From Ignavibacteriota bacterium (GTDB lineage Bacteria > Bacteroidota > Ignavibacteria > Palsa-1295), in assembly GCA_963787835.1 (NCBI GenBank), contig CAWBEI010000005.1, positions 292,313-356,312 on the forward strand: a DNA stretch of 64,000 bases, in the 5' to 3' direction. A model generated the notes under the pieces. It was not told the origin of the DNA and made no database searches. It worked only from the letters and a program-made list of their open reading frames with translations. Of this stretch, positions 52,933 through 62,022 are shown piece by piece. Each line of letters begins with the position of its first letter. Position 1 is the first letter of the stretch. The translations under genes were made by a program, and so were the position numbers.

Positions 52933-53487
52933 ATGTTAGTAACCACTGAAAAGCATTCCACCATTCGTGACTACGAGCGGCTGCCGGAGGGCGCGCCGTA
53001 CCAGCTTATTGCAGGAGAATTAATTATGAGTCCCAGTCCCATTCTTTCTCATCAACGCATTATCCGGAGACTGGCTTTGCGTCTGGATGATTTCATCCAG
53101 CGGGAACAGCTCGGTGAAATCGTGCTATCGCCGATGGATGTCTATCTGACGGAAGAGGATGTTTATCAGCCGGACCTGATCTTTATTCGAAAGGAGAATG
53201 TGCATCTGCTCGATCCGAACGACCGAATCCGGTTCGTGCCCGATATGGTTATCGAAGTTCTTTCACCTTCAACGGGTTCGTATGATTACTCTCGAAAAAA
53301 GAGAATTTATTGCGAGCGCGGAGTTCGCGAATACTGGATCGTCGATCCTGAAGACCGAACGATAGAGATCATGGTAAAAGAAGGGGCATTCTACCAAACT
53401 GTTGCCTTGCTCCGAGCACCGGCCATGCTTGAAAGCGCAATGTTTCCTGGTTTTAGTATGAAGGTCGAGGAAGTATTTGCAATTTAA
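52933..53487 (+). CDS. Uma2 family endonuclease
   Basis: QLIAGEL, QPDL, PDMVIEVLSPST, GVREYWIVDP. Confidence 0.93.
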   Translation: MLVTTEKHSTIRDYERLPEGAPYQLIAGELIMSPSPILSHQRIIRRLALRLDDFIQREQLGEIVLSPMDVYLTEEDVYQPDLIFIRKENVHLLDPNDRIRFVPDMVIEVLSPSTGSYDYSRKKRIYCERGVREYWIVDPEDRTIEIMVKEGAFYQTVALLRAPAMLESAMFPGFSMKVEEVFAI

Positions 53488-53513
53488 ATAAATCCGCCTG
53501 ATCCACGTTCTGA

Positions 53514-54776
53514 CTATCGCATCAACTCCACCGGCAGCGTCTCCACCTGCCCATTCATTCGAACGAGGCATTCATACACACCTCGTGTAGCGCAGGCATT
53601 CTCGCCTGCATCCCAGGTAAAGCTGTGCTCTCCCGCCGTCAGTTCACCCGAAAACAGTCGCGCAACCTCCACGCCAAGCATGTTCACGATGGATACCTCT
53701 GCATATCCGGCAGCTTGGGAGCTGAAGGTGATCTGGGTGGATTGAGAGAAGGGGTTGGGATAGATTTGAATTCCAGAAGGAGTTGGTGACGATTGTGCCG
53801 ATACAGCAGCGGTATTCTCAAATTCTGAAAGTGGGCGGCGATAAACTCCGGGGCCAGTCGTGACAAAGAGATTTGCCCCGATCACCGCAAGGGACAAGCC
53901 ATAAGAGTTCGCCGGCAACCCGGTGTTCTCCTCCGTCCAACTTGCACCGCTGTTGGTCGAAAGAAATACGCCGCTATTGGTTGCAGCAAAAAGATTCGTG
54001 CCACTTACAACAAGGGACACTACAATAGTAGAAGATGGCAAGCCTATACTAACCGAGTCCCAGCTCGACCCGCCGTCAGTCGAGAGAAAAATGCCGCTGC
54101 CAGTTCCCGCGAAGATATTTGTGCCGCTCACCGCGAGGGCATAAACGTGAGCGGTCGTCATGCCGGTATTCGCCGACTTCCAGCTTTGGCCGTTATTAGT
54201 CGAAAGATAAACGCCTGAGCCGTCCGTTCCGGCAAAGAGATTCGTGCCGCTCACCGCAAAGGCAAGTGGAGCATTATACGCTGGTAATCCGGCGTTAGCT
54301 GCTGTCCAGTTGGTGCCCTTATCTGTCGAAAAAAAAACGCCTCCGTATTCGGCAGTGTCTCCGCAAATGTCAACTTCTTCCCTATATTCAGACCCTACCA
54401 GGAGATTCGATCCGCTCACGGCTAAGGAAGTGATTTGAGTACTCACTCCTGCGTTCTCCGCCGTCCAGGTTCTGCCGTTGTTCGTCGAAAGATAAACGGT
54501 GTCTCCATTGACGGCAAGGAGATTGGTGCCGCTCGCCGCAAGGGAGCCGACATAGAGATTGTTGTCACTGAAGCCGTCATTCTCCGCCGACCAGGTTGTA
54601 CCATTGTCCTTCGAAAGAAAAACACCGTTTTCATTCCCGGCAAAAAGATTCGTGCCGCTCACCGTGAGGCAGAGAGCCCCAGGTCCATTGGTCAGAACCC
54701 ACTGTGCGTGAAGAGTAGTGGCACCTAACGCGACGGAGGCGAAAAGAATGAATGATATAACTCGTTTTTGAAGCAT
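53514..54776 (-). CDS. Secreted beta-propeller protein with T9SS type A sorting domain
   Basis: Repeated VSGTNLFAG...STxxGxxW units; YPNPFS...GVYECLVRMNG domain. Confidence 0.88.
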   Translation of the reverse strand: MLQKRVISFILFASVALGATTLHAQWVLTNGPGALCLTVSGTNLFAGNENGVFLSKDNGTTWSAENDGFSDNNLYVGSLAASGTNLLAVNGDTVYLSTNNGRTWTAENAGVSTQITSLAVSGSNLLVGSEYREEVDICGDTAEYGGVFFSTDKGTNWTAANAGLPAYNAPLAFAVSGTNLFAGTDGSGVYLSTNNGQSWKSANTGMTTAHVYALAVSGTNIFAGTGSGIFLSTDGGSSWDSVSIGLPSSTIVVSLVVSGTNLFAATNSGVFLSTNSGASWTEENTGLPANSYGLSLAVIGANLFVTTGPGVYRRPLSEFENTAAVSAQSSPTPSGIQIYPNPFSQSTQITFSSQAAGYAEVSIVNMLGVEVARLFSGELTAGEHSFTWDAGENACATRGVYECLVRMNGQVETLPVELMR

Positions 54777-54968
54777 GGTATGTGAAAACGTTTCAATGAA
54801 AAATAGCGCCAGTATACAACTTTTTTCCCTTTTAGAAAAGCTGAAGTCGAAGTTAAAAGTGCCCATGTGGGATAGGTAAAAATTAGTGCATACCGTCTGA
54901 ACCGAGATTTATGGGATTATTGAGATGAATGGGATGCGGGGTAAGAAAATTTCGGATTTCTAGTGGGG

Positions 54969-55008
54969 TGTTCATTTCCGCTATAACTCCATTCATTTCT
55001 GCAATAAA
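54969..55008. repeat. Candidate transposable-phage terminus with tandem transposase-binding sites
   Basis: TGTTCATTTCCGCTATAA (54969) then ATTCATTTCTGCAATAAA (54991): direct repeat ~21 bp apart, starting with TG. Confidence 0.55.
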
Positions 55009-55122
55009 ATCTAACCTAATGTTACGCAATCTTACCTCAATCTTCCTTCAAAAATTCGCGCCAATCCACCGAGTTATCAACACAAAATTTTCGCGATCCA
55101 TTTTTGACGTTGGTGAGGGTGT

Positions 55123-55305
55123 CTATGTGTAAAGATGGAGTAGGACCTCAAGCTCCTGAAGAGATCCCAAAAGCTCTTTATATCTTGCGAGGGATGGCGC
55201 ATCCATATCGATTACAAGCGGAGGATCACAGCGAAGCATGAATGTAATATTGGTTGCTCTCGCCGCTGCATCTAATGCCTCATGGTGAAGCTCCTTCTCA
55301 TCCAT
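55123..55305 (-). CDS. Small hypothetical phage protein
   Basis: 60-aa ORF immediately after the MuF-like gene. Confidence 0.5.
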   Translation of the reverse strand: MDEKELHHEALDAAARATNITFMLRCDPPLVIDMDAPSLARYKELLGSLQELEVLLHLYT

Positions 55306-55306
55306 C

Positions 55307-56278
55307 TCAAAATACCCCGTGCATTCGTGTTCTGCATTTCGGCCAGTGGAGCGGCGGGACGGGTCCCTTCGCGCTGCTGGCCGTCTCTGGCGTCAGGAAT
55401 GGCACCGATTGCTTCAGATCTTCTGTCGTGCGTGCTTGCAGCTTCGCAGTGACCGTATCTTCAGCGTGCGCCATCTCGAACACCTGCCCATTCGTAACAG
55501 CCTGGCATATCGGACTCGTTCGCTTATCGCGCGGATTATAGAGCGTGTAGTGCGTCACGCCAAGCGATTTCAATTGATAGGTCGAGCCAATATTGCGCGA
55601 TGAATTGATGATGTGTACTGACAAATTGTCAAAGTAACTTTTCGATAGCGTACCGGCATCGCTGGCAAGAAGACGATCGTTCACCATCGACATCAGCTTT
55701 GCCGATAGATCGTCGCGCGTGATCGTACCCGAGAAAAATCCTTCGACTTCATTTTTGATCGACTCCTGCAATTGATCGTCCCAAAAACTTCCAGCTGCGA
55801 TCATCAGCTGCTGCGTGAGCGCTTCGAGTGCATGCTGCTCCGTCAGTCCGAAGACCGCGCCGAACATAATATCGTTCATTTTCACCAGGCGCTTTTTCGC
55901 CTGGGCGAAATCATGGTTCACGGTGTCCTTCCCTTTTTGGAAGCCCTGCGAGATCGTCAACTGCGCGACGTGCTGCACGCGCTGCGCGATCGCCGGTCCC
56001 GAGAGTGAGTGCGATAGCACCTGCATGATCTTCGGCACTTCCGCGAGCGACGGACCGCCCATGAGCGAACCCAAGATCGAATAATGGTGCATCGCCTGGA
56101 CCGCGCTCTTCACCTGAGCATCCCACACATCGTAGAGCGCTGCGCGAAGCATAAGCTCCTGATGGATCGGCGCGTGAGGATCCTTCGCAACAGCTTTGTT
56201 GAAAAGCATCTTGTCGATCATCGCACCGAGCACTTCATCTGCCCAGTAATTTAGTTCAAGCCATTGAAGTGTTGTCAT
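55307..56278 (-). CDS. Phage minor head protein (MuF / gp30-like)
   Basis: DKRTSPIC...NGQVF...PPLHWPKCRT resembles the MuF D-x-RT..C / PP-x-H..CR motifs. Confidence 0.8.
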   Translation of the reverse strand: MTTLQWLELNYWADEVLGAMIDKMLFNKAVAKDPHAPIHQELMLRAALYDVWDAQVKSAVQAMHHYSILGSLMGGPSLAEVPKIMQVLSHSLSGPAIAQRVQHVAQLTISQGFQKGKDTVNHDFAQAKKRLVKMNDIMFGAVFGLTEQHALEALTQQLMIAAGSFWDDQLQESIKNEVEGFFSGTITRDDLSAKLMSMVNDRLLASDAGTLSKSYFDNLSVHIINSSRNIGSTYQLKSLGVTHYTLYNPRDKRTSPICQAVTNGQVFEMAHAEDTVTAKLQARTTEDLKQSVPFLTPETASSAKGPVPPLHWPKCRTRMHGVF

Positions 56279-56466
56279 GGAAGGATAGTCTCGGTACGCT
56301 TATCGCTCACTGTGTAAACCGGTTTGGTGTCAACAATTATAGCGTAAGTATTGCCATAATTATTGTAATTCTCGCGGGCACGTTGGATCGCATCTTCGAT
56401 CGTGTCTCCACCATTTGCCCATTCATGATTGTAAAGGATGATGTAGCGAGTTGTTTTCACTGTCAA
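56275..56466 (-). CDS. Small hypothetical phage protein
   Basis: 63-aa ORF overlapping neighbours. Confidence 0.4.
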   Translation of the reverse strand: MTVKTTRYIILYNHEWANGGDTIEDAIQRARENYNNYGNTYAIIVDTKPVYTVSDKRTETILP

Positions 56467-56746
56467 AATGTTTTTTTGAAGGGTTGTTTTTGTGTTTTTT
56501 TAGGAAATCATGGACTGCAATTTCAAGCGCTTCTGGTGTAATATAGTCGCCTTCAGGATCGATAATATTCGGCGCAAGAATGAGCGGATCGATGTGACCT
56601 GCATTCTGTGAAGAGGCTTTTGATCTTTTCACGGCATCCTTGAGATCATTGGATAAAATTGGATCTTGGCGCTCCATATAATTAGCGATATAAAGGATTA
56701 CATCCCAGGCACCGAAAAATCCAAGTATATCAAGAAGAACGTCCAT
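56423..56746 (-). CDS. Hypothetical protein containing an XkdF-like protease fragment
   Basis: LAPNIIDPEGDYITPEALEIAVHDFL resembles the start of XkdF/peptidase S78_2 domains. Confidence 0.45.
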   Translation of the reverse strand: MDVLLDILGFFGAWDVILYIANYMERQDPILSNDLKDAVKRSKASSQNAGHIDPLILAPNIIDPEGDYITPEALEIAVHDFLKKHKNNPSKKHFDSENNSLHHPLQS

Positions 56747-56747
56747 T

Positions 56748-56888
56748 TCAAAATGTTACTGCACCCGTGACGATGATCGCGCCGAACCAATACGCTACGC
56801 GGTGATAATCTTTCTGAATCGCGTAGCAAAGGCACGCGCATACTTGCAGGCACATCATGGCGATCGCGAATGTTTTACCCAGGTCCAT
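56748..56888 (-). CDS. Small two-TM phage protein
   Basis: MDLGKTFAIAMMCLQVCAC...VAYWFGAIIVTGAVTF. Confidence 0.5.
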   Translation of the reverse strand: MDLGKTFAIAMMCLQVCACLCYAIQKDYHRVAYWFGAIIVTGAVTF

Positions 56889-57129
56889 GGAGTCCTTCCA
56901 TTTCATGTTGTCGCACAAAATAATGTTCTTCACTCTCGAATTCCTTTCGGCAGCACAGGCACACGCGCACACGTTGCCACACCGATCGCCAGGGCTGCGT
57001 GAGCCTGACGTACGATCCCATCCGCGAGTGGCAATGTGGGCATTCGGGATGTCGGTCAGGTTGCTTTATTCGTTCGGCTCGTGGTGGATCGTAGGATGGT
57101 GCAGAGGAGTGCGTGTTTGTTTTCGGCAT
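56875..57129 (-). CDS. Zinc-ribbon protein (NrdR-N / Ogr-like)
   Basis: CPHC...RVRVCLCCRKEFESEE. Confidence 0.55.
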   Translation of the reverse strand: MPKTNTHSSAPSYDPPRAERIKQPDRHPECPHCHSRMGSYVRLTQPWRSVWQRVRVCLCCRKEFESEEHYFVRQHEMEGLHGPG

Positions 57130-57379
57130 TATCGAGAAGATCAGTGATGTAGGCGAACTTTCGTCGATCGCGAGGCGATAGGTTTTGGGCAGACGCCCAT
57201 CGCAAAATTGCACATTCAAGAAGCGTAGCATCGTTAGGGTAGATGCCACGGAGCCACAAGCTTAAGGTGGTCACAGAATAATTTATCTCGGAAGATAGTT
57301 TCCCAAGCGAAATCTTTTTCTCTCGCACGATCGCGCGAAGATCATCGGATGATAGTGGGGAGCTTATCTTCTTCTCCAT
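57056..57379 (-). CDS. HTH protein resembling the MuB-type N-terminal DNA-binding domain
   Basis: ISLGKLSSEINYSVTTLSLWLRGIYPNDATLLECAILRW. Confidence 0.6.
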   Translation of the reverse strand: MEKKISSPLSSDDLRAIVREKKISLGKLSSEINYSVTTLSLWLRGIYPNDATLLECAILRWASAQNLSPRDRRKFAYITDLLDNAENKHALLCTILRSTTSRTNKAT

Positions 57380-57407
57380 TGTTACTACGATCGTAGCGCG
57401 TTATGGT

Positions 57408-58328
57408 TTAGGGTAAGAATCCCCCGCCCAGCAATGGACGGGGGATTTGTTTTGATCCCTTGAGTCGATCCGGCATTTTCGCCATTGGATCTATCTTCGG
57501 CATTTCTCTGAGTTCGTTTTGAACGATCGACATTCCCGCTTTACGAATCGCCTGCGCGCTGGATGTGGCAGCGACATTTCGATCGAATGCCTCGCTCTCC
57601 CCTTCATCAATCCAGCATGTCACTTCGATGCGAACTGTATAATGTTTGAGATGAGGATTGATTGGTCGTTTGGCAATTTTCATGCTTTGCCTGCGCAAAA
57701 ATAACAACGATTAGAAAGATGAGGGCTTCTGGCGCTCCTCATTCCGAACATTGAAAAAATTTTCCCACATAGAGATCTTCTCGATCTTCCGTCCTCTGCT
57801 TCAGCAACGATGAGGTGATAAAGTTTTTCAGATGGACGCTTGAGCCAATATGGGCTTTTATTCATTTCACCTCCCCGAAATGCGTTAGTTGCTCCATCCA
57901 TTTCACGTTGGAGTTGATCGCCAAAAGCGATTTATTCATATTCGAAAAAAGCTTCCTGGTACCCCCACCACTCACTTCGAACACCCATGTTCGATTGTCT
58001 CTTTTAAGAACGCCAATGTGCCGGCCATCGTGATCGAGCACATTGAAGCGATTGGTGTTCACCATCGAGATATACCACGTCATCATTGTTTCTTCCTCCT
58101 CGTATTCCACGCCTTCAGCGCAGCGATCGTGCCGCGCAGGTGCTTGATGGTCTCATTGCGTTCCTGATACCGCTTCTTATATTGATCGCGCTCGCGGATG
58201 AGCGTGTCGTAATTCAGCGCCATCTTCTCAGTCGCGTCGGCGATGCGCTGAAGCGAACCAGCATTGATCTGCTCAATTGTAGCTCCGCCCGTCCATTCCT
58301 GCTTACTGCTATTTCGAAGGGTGCTCAT
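57408..58328 (-). CDS. Four small overlapping phage early genes (57408-57683, 57680-57865, 57862-58086, 58083-58328)
   Basis: Consecutive 4-bp start/stop overlaps typical of phage early operons; no function recognised. Confidence 0.6.
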
Positions 58329-58798
58329 AATAAAATCCCAGGATAGCCCTGCACTTGTTTTAGAAATTCTTTCCAGTCGTCGCGCGCCTTCCAGGCATCG
58401 CCGCTGCTGTTCCTGCCGCGCACCAGGTATTGCAACCGTTTCTGCGTTTTGCCGTCCGGTTCAAGGACCGGCTCGATGAGTCCGAGCTTTTTCAGATCGA
58501 ACATGCGCGCGGAGATAGTGCTCGTTTCGATGCCGGTCTCATCATGCACGGAACGAATGCAGCCCTCACCGCATCGCGTGAGCACCGATAAAATGAGCAG
58601 GTGAACGTCCTGAATCTTTCCTCGCACCTGGTTCCATGCTTCCAGCTGAGACTGGCTCAGGCGTAGCATTCGCGGCGGCGATGGTTGGAGATACCCGGGC
58701 GACTGCCCAAAGTCGCCTGCCCCTAACGGGGTATGCGCCAACGCATCGAGCCGCGTGGCTTCGGTGTAATGCGGATTCGGACGTTCACTCTTGCTCAT
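58325..58798 (-). CDS. Winged-helix DNA-binding phage protein
   Basis: IRSVHDETGIETSTISARMFDLKKLGLIE. Confidence 0.65.
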   Translation of the reverse strand: MSKSERPNPHYTEATRLDALAHTPLGAGDFGQSPGYLQPSPPRMLRLSQSQLEAWNQVRGKIQDVHLLILSVLTRCGEGCIRSVHDETGIETSTISARMFDLKKLGLIEPVLEPDGKTQKRLQYLVRGRNSSGDAWKARDDWKEFLKQVQGYPGILL

Positions 58799-59007
58799 AT
58801 TGCTCCTTCCTTTTTCAATTGCTCGATGAGCTTTTGATTTCGGTCGAATGCTTCTTTGGGGATCACGATGGCTCCCTCGCTGAACTCTTCTTTGAATCGC
58901 TCACGAAGTCTCGATCCGATCCCAACAGGCTTGTCTTCAACCGATAGCTTTGAACTAACCGGTAGAAGCTTTTTTAGCATGTCGGGATGGATCGGCTCTT
59001 CAGACAT
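58795..59007 (-). CDS. Hypothetical phage protein
   Basis: 70 aa, coupled to neighbours. Confidence 0.55.
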   Translation of the reverse strand: MSEEPIHPDMLKKLLPVSSKLSVEDKPVGIGSRLRERFKEEFSEGAIVIPKEAFDRNQKLIEQLKKEGAI

Positions 59008-59537
59008 TATGCTTCGTAGGCTTCGAGCGTTTTGGTTGTGACTGACGCGGTCTCTTCTTCTTTTGACGCCTTAAGGCCGAGTTCCGCGAGAGCTTCATCA
59101 TCGATCTTGCCTTCCGTATAGAGGTTTTTCAGGGCGGTTTTATTGATGGTTGGTTTTCCCTTTTTGATTCCGGCCTTTTTAATCGAAGCATCTGCTTCGC
59201 CAAGCTCATCAAGTACTTCCTCATCTTCCCATCCTTCGAGCAGTTCTATCTTGTAAGGATTCTCGCGGAATGAGATAGTGCCTCCGCGAAGCTCAAGCGT
59301 CTTTCGGCCTTTCGGGAATAATTCCTCATCCTCGCGATTATCTTCGGCCCATGCTTCGATTTGCGATCGGAGACGCTTTGCGAGTTCTTCCTTTTCACTA
59401 ATAAGAGGTGTGACGGTTGATCGCAATTTGGCGATGTCCTTATTCGCATCTGCGGTCTTCTCTTCTATCTCTGCTTCGACCGTCTGAAGCTCGTTTAGAG
59501 CAGCTTCGACCTCAGCAATGTTTTTAAGTTTTTTCAT
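59007..59537 (-). CDS. gam: Mu Gam-like host-nuclease inhibitor
   Basis: Coiled-coil N-terminus, IEAWAEDNR...RKTLELRGGTISFR...INKTALK. Confidence 0.85.
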   Translation of the reverse strand: MKKLKNIAEVEAALNELQTVEAEIEEKTADANKDIAKLRSTVTPLISEKEELAKRLRSQIEAWAEDNREDEELFPKGRKTLELRGGTISFRENPYKIELLEGWEDEEVLDELGEADASIKKAGIKKGKPTINKTALKNLYTEGKIDDEALAELGLKASKEEETASVTTKTLEAYEA

Positions 59538-60088
59538 CGGTATTCTGGTTTTAAAGTGACTAAATCAAAACTGTAAAGAGGATGCTTGCCGGCGCGATCG
59601 AAGTACTCCGGCCAGCACTCGAAATTGAGGCCCTTCGCGCGAAGCCATTCGCCGGCTGCGCGTGAGTCGTAAATGTGATCCTTCGTTGGATAAGGCCGCT
59701 CGATGGGATCTGCCTTGCGGCGCATTGGCTCGGGTTGCGCGTTCGGATTTTTGCGCTTGGCAAGCTCGGGATGTAAGCAGATATTTTCTACCATGTCGAT
59801 GGAATGATTTTCAAGCTTATTAAGAGATTTGATTGCAGAGAGCACCTTGTCCATTCCATGCTTCTCAACAAGGTCCATCAATTCATCCCATCGCGGAGCC
59901 TTCAGCCAGTCATTGCCCATGCTGTGATGAATCACGAAATGCGTTTTGACCGCCCCATGCTTTTTGTACATCGCCATGATCGCGTTCTGATCGAATTGCG
60001 AGCAGAAGTTGCGCCGATCGACCACGATGCCGAAGATCTCTTGTAGCTTCGCGCGGTCCTCGTTCGAAAAATCCCATTGTGAAGCCAT
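59534..60088 (-). CDS. Hypothetical phage protein
   Basis: 184-aa ORF between transposase and gam. Confidence 0.65.
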   Translation of the reverse strand: MASQWDFSNEDRAKLQEIFGIVVDRRNFCSQFDQNAIMAMYKKHGAVKTHFVIHHSMGNDWLKAPRWDELMDLVEKHGMDKVLSAIKSLNKLENHSIDMVENICLHPELAKRKNPNAQPEPMRRKADPIERPYPTKDHIYDSRAAGEWLRAKGLNFECWPEYFDRAGKHPLYSFDLVTLKPEYR

Positions 60089-60090
60089 TA

Positions 60091-61659
60091 TTACTCCTGA
60101 ATTAAGTTACCGAGTTCATCCACCATCATTACCGGCACTGCAAGCATCTCATCGATCGCTGTGGCCTTTGCTTTGATCGATCCTATAGTTTGAGGCGTGT
60201 CGAAAAAGCTTTCGATCTGCTCCCACACATCGGTGGGAATGCTCGCAATGCCAAACCGGCCATTGGATAGCTTCATAAGTTCATCCGAGAATCGCGCGTT
60301 GACCTGGCTACCGCTCAGTAGATCGTCGTCCCGCTCGATCTGCATTCGCATCGTCTCGCCGATCGGTTGCGCCGTCATGCTCGATTGTAGAATGAGTTCG
60401 TGACGCTGGCCGTCATGGAGCGTGAAATAAAATCCATGCACGGAGAAGATCTCGATCTCATCTCCATCGCTGGCCCACAATGGCGCGATGCAAAAGATGT
60501 TCGGAGCCACGTTCACCAATCGCTGACGCACCTTGCATTTCTTCGTGCGCGAAAATAGCCCGAGCGCATTCTCATCCGGGAACATAGCGCTTTGGAGCGC
60601 AGGATAGAAAAGATTCCATTTGCCCAGGCTCGATCCATCTTCAGCTTTGCGCGTGGGATGCGCCATCTGGTTCCACTCTTCGAGCCATGCGTGAAGCTCG
60701 AAGTTGAGCGTGGCGAGGTCGGTTTCGGTGCCGTGTGGATGCTTCAGCGAGTACATCATTTCGAAGCGGCGCTTCAATGTCTGCACCGATTTCTCCACTT
60801 TGCCGCGCGCTTTTTTATTCGAGCGTGGAAGCGTGCGGCCCATTGCATCTTTTTCGTTCGCGCCGATAATCATCTTCACGCCCATGCGCGCAAGGCCAAC
60901 CTGCGTCGAGCCATCGACCCAGCCGGACCCGCGATCGACGTAGATCGATTGTGGGATGCCCTGCAAAAGGAAATCATTCGGATGATGTGCGACGAACGGC
61001 TTTCGCGCGAATGCACGAAGCAAAAAGTTCTGCGCTTCGATGGCCGACTCGCCTTTTGCAAGGAAGTACTCCATGTGCATGACGCGGCTGGCATCGTCGA
61101 TCGCAACGCCAACCCACAAACGGCGCCGGTCGAGCGTCATCTTCGTTGCCGATGGATTGCGAACCATCAGCCTTCCGTTGCCGACATGCTTCAAATGGCG
61201 GCTCACGCTAAAATCGCATTGATACATCGACATCGCGTGCTCACGCTCGAATCGCCGCGCCACCGGCGACCATTCGTTCTCCAGATCCTGCCGCGCGATC
61301 GCTTTGTAGATCATCTGCTCCGTTACCCACTTCGGTATTCGTTCCTCCGCTTGAAGGAATTCGAATGCGATGCGGTACGTGCAGGTGGCGTGATCGAACG
61401 AGTTCTGCTGCGCGAATTCGAACACCGTGCGGCCATACGCATCGAGCGCTTCACGCTTGATCTCCGTTGCCGACGATATGGCGCGCTGCTTGCGCGGCTT
61501 CACTTGCGATAGTTCCAGTTTGCGGTAGAGCGTTGCCACGCTCACGCCAAGATTTTGCGCCGACGCTTCGATCAGTGCGCGGCGTTCACGCGAAGTCTCA
61601 CACGCAAGATAATCCGCGCGGATCGAAGTCAGCAAAAGTGGATCGATGGTGTGTCTCAT
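60091..61659 (-). CDS. DDE (rve/Mu-like) transposase
   Basis: HTH LGVSVATLYRKL; YQCDFS (D), AIDDASR, IYVDRGSG (D), ARGKVEK (E), WNQMAH. Confidence 0.85.
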   Translation of the reverse strand: MRHTIDPLLLTSIRADYLACETSRERRALIEASAQNLGVSVATLYRKLELSQVKPRKQRAISSATEIKREALDAYGRTVFEFAQQNSFDHATCTYRIAFEFLQAEERIPKWVTEQMIYKAIARQDLENEWSPVARRFEREHAMSMYQCDFSVSRHLKHVGNGRLMVRNPSATKMTLDRRRLWVGVAIDDASRVMHMEYFLAKGESAIEAQNFLLRAFARKPFVAHHPNDFLLQGIPQSIYVDRGSGWVDGSTQVGLARMGVKMIIGANEKDAMGRTLPRSNKKARGKVEKSVQTLKRRFEMMYSLKHPHGTETDLATLNFELHAWLEEWNQMAHPTRKAEDGSSLGKWNLFYPALQSAMFPDENALGLFSRTKKCKVRQRLVNVAPNIFCIAPLWASDGDEIEIFSVHGFYFTLHDGQRHELILQSSMTAQPIGETMRMQIERDDDLLSGSQVNARFSDELMKLSNGRFGIASIPTDVWEQIESFFDTPQTIGSIKAKATAIDEMLAVPVMMVDELGNLIQE

Positions 61660-61678
61660 AGTGAGATGTGCGGAGCGA

Positions 61679-61999
61679 TCAGGTGGCAGGTTCCAATTGT
61701 GCAAATTCTTCGCGCGTCATCTCTGTGATGTTGAGATGAATGACGTTGACGATCCTGAATAACTCATAGATCTTCATCATTGATGAAGGTCGAAGTTCCA
61801 TGATGAGCGTAGTCATGTCGTCATCATCGCCCACGCAATAATTGATGGAAAGTACTCGCATCGGCTCATTGGTCGGCGCGATGTAATCTTTCTTCGTGAG
61901 AACGGGCGTCAAGCCATCGGGTGGACGCAAGGTTTCGCCGGTGATCGCTCGTTCGCTCACTGGCCGTCTGAAAGGATGGGATGCTGATTGTGAGGGCAT
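61679..61999 (-). CDS. Hypothetical phage protein between ATPase and transposase
   Basis: 106-aa ORF. Confidence 0.55.
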   Translation of the reverse strand: MPSQSASHPFRRPVSERAITGETLRPPDGLTPVLTKKDYIAPTNEPMRVLSINYCVGDDDDMTTLIMELRPSSMMKIYELFRIVNVIHLNITEMTREEFAQLEPAT

Positions 62000-62022
62000 G
62001 GTTATAGCACCAATGGTGCGAA

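Noticed and set aside
52933-53487. Uma2 nuclease as part of a defence system
   Set aside because: Solitary, very common family, in housekeeping context.
53880-54670. Internal DNA repeats as DGR template/variable repeats
   Set aside because: They correspond to beta-propeller blade repeats; no reverse transcriptase in the window and no adenine-specific mismatch pattern noticed.
60592-61512. 306-aa plus-strand ORF and other long antisense ORFs
   Set aside because: Shadow frames of well-supported genes on the opposite strand, with no recognisable motifs.
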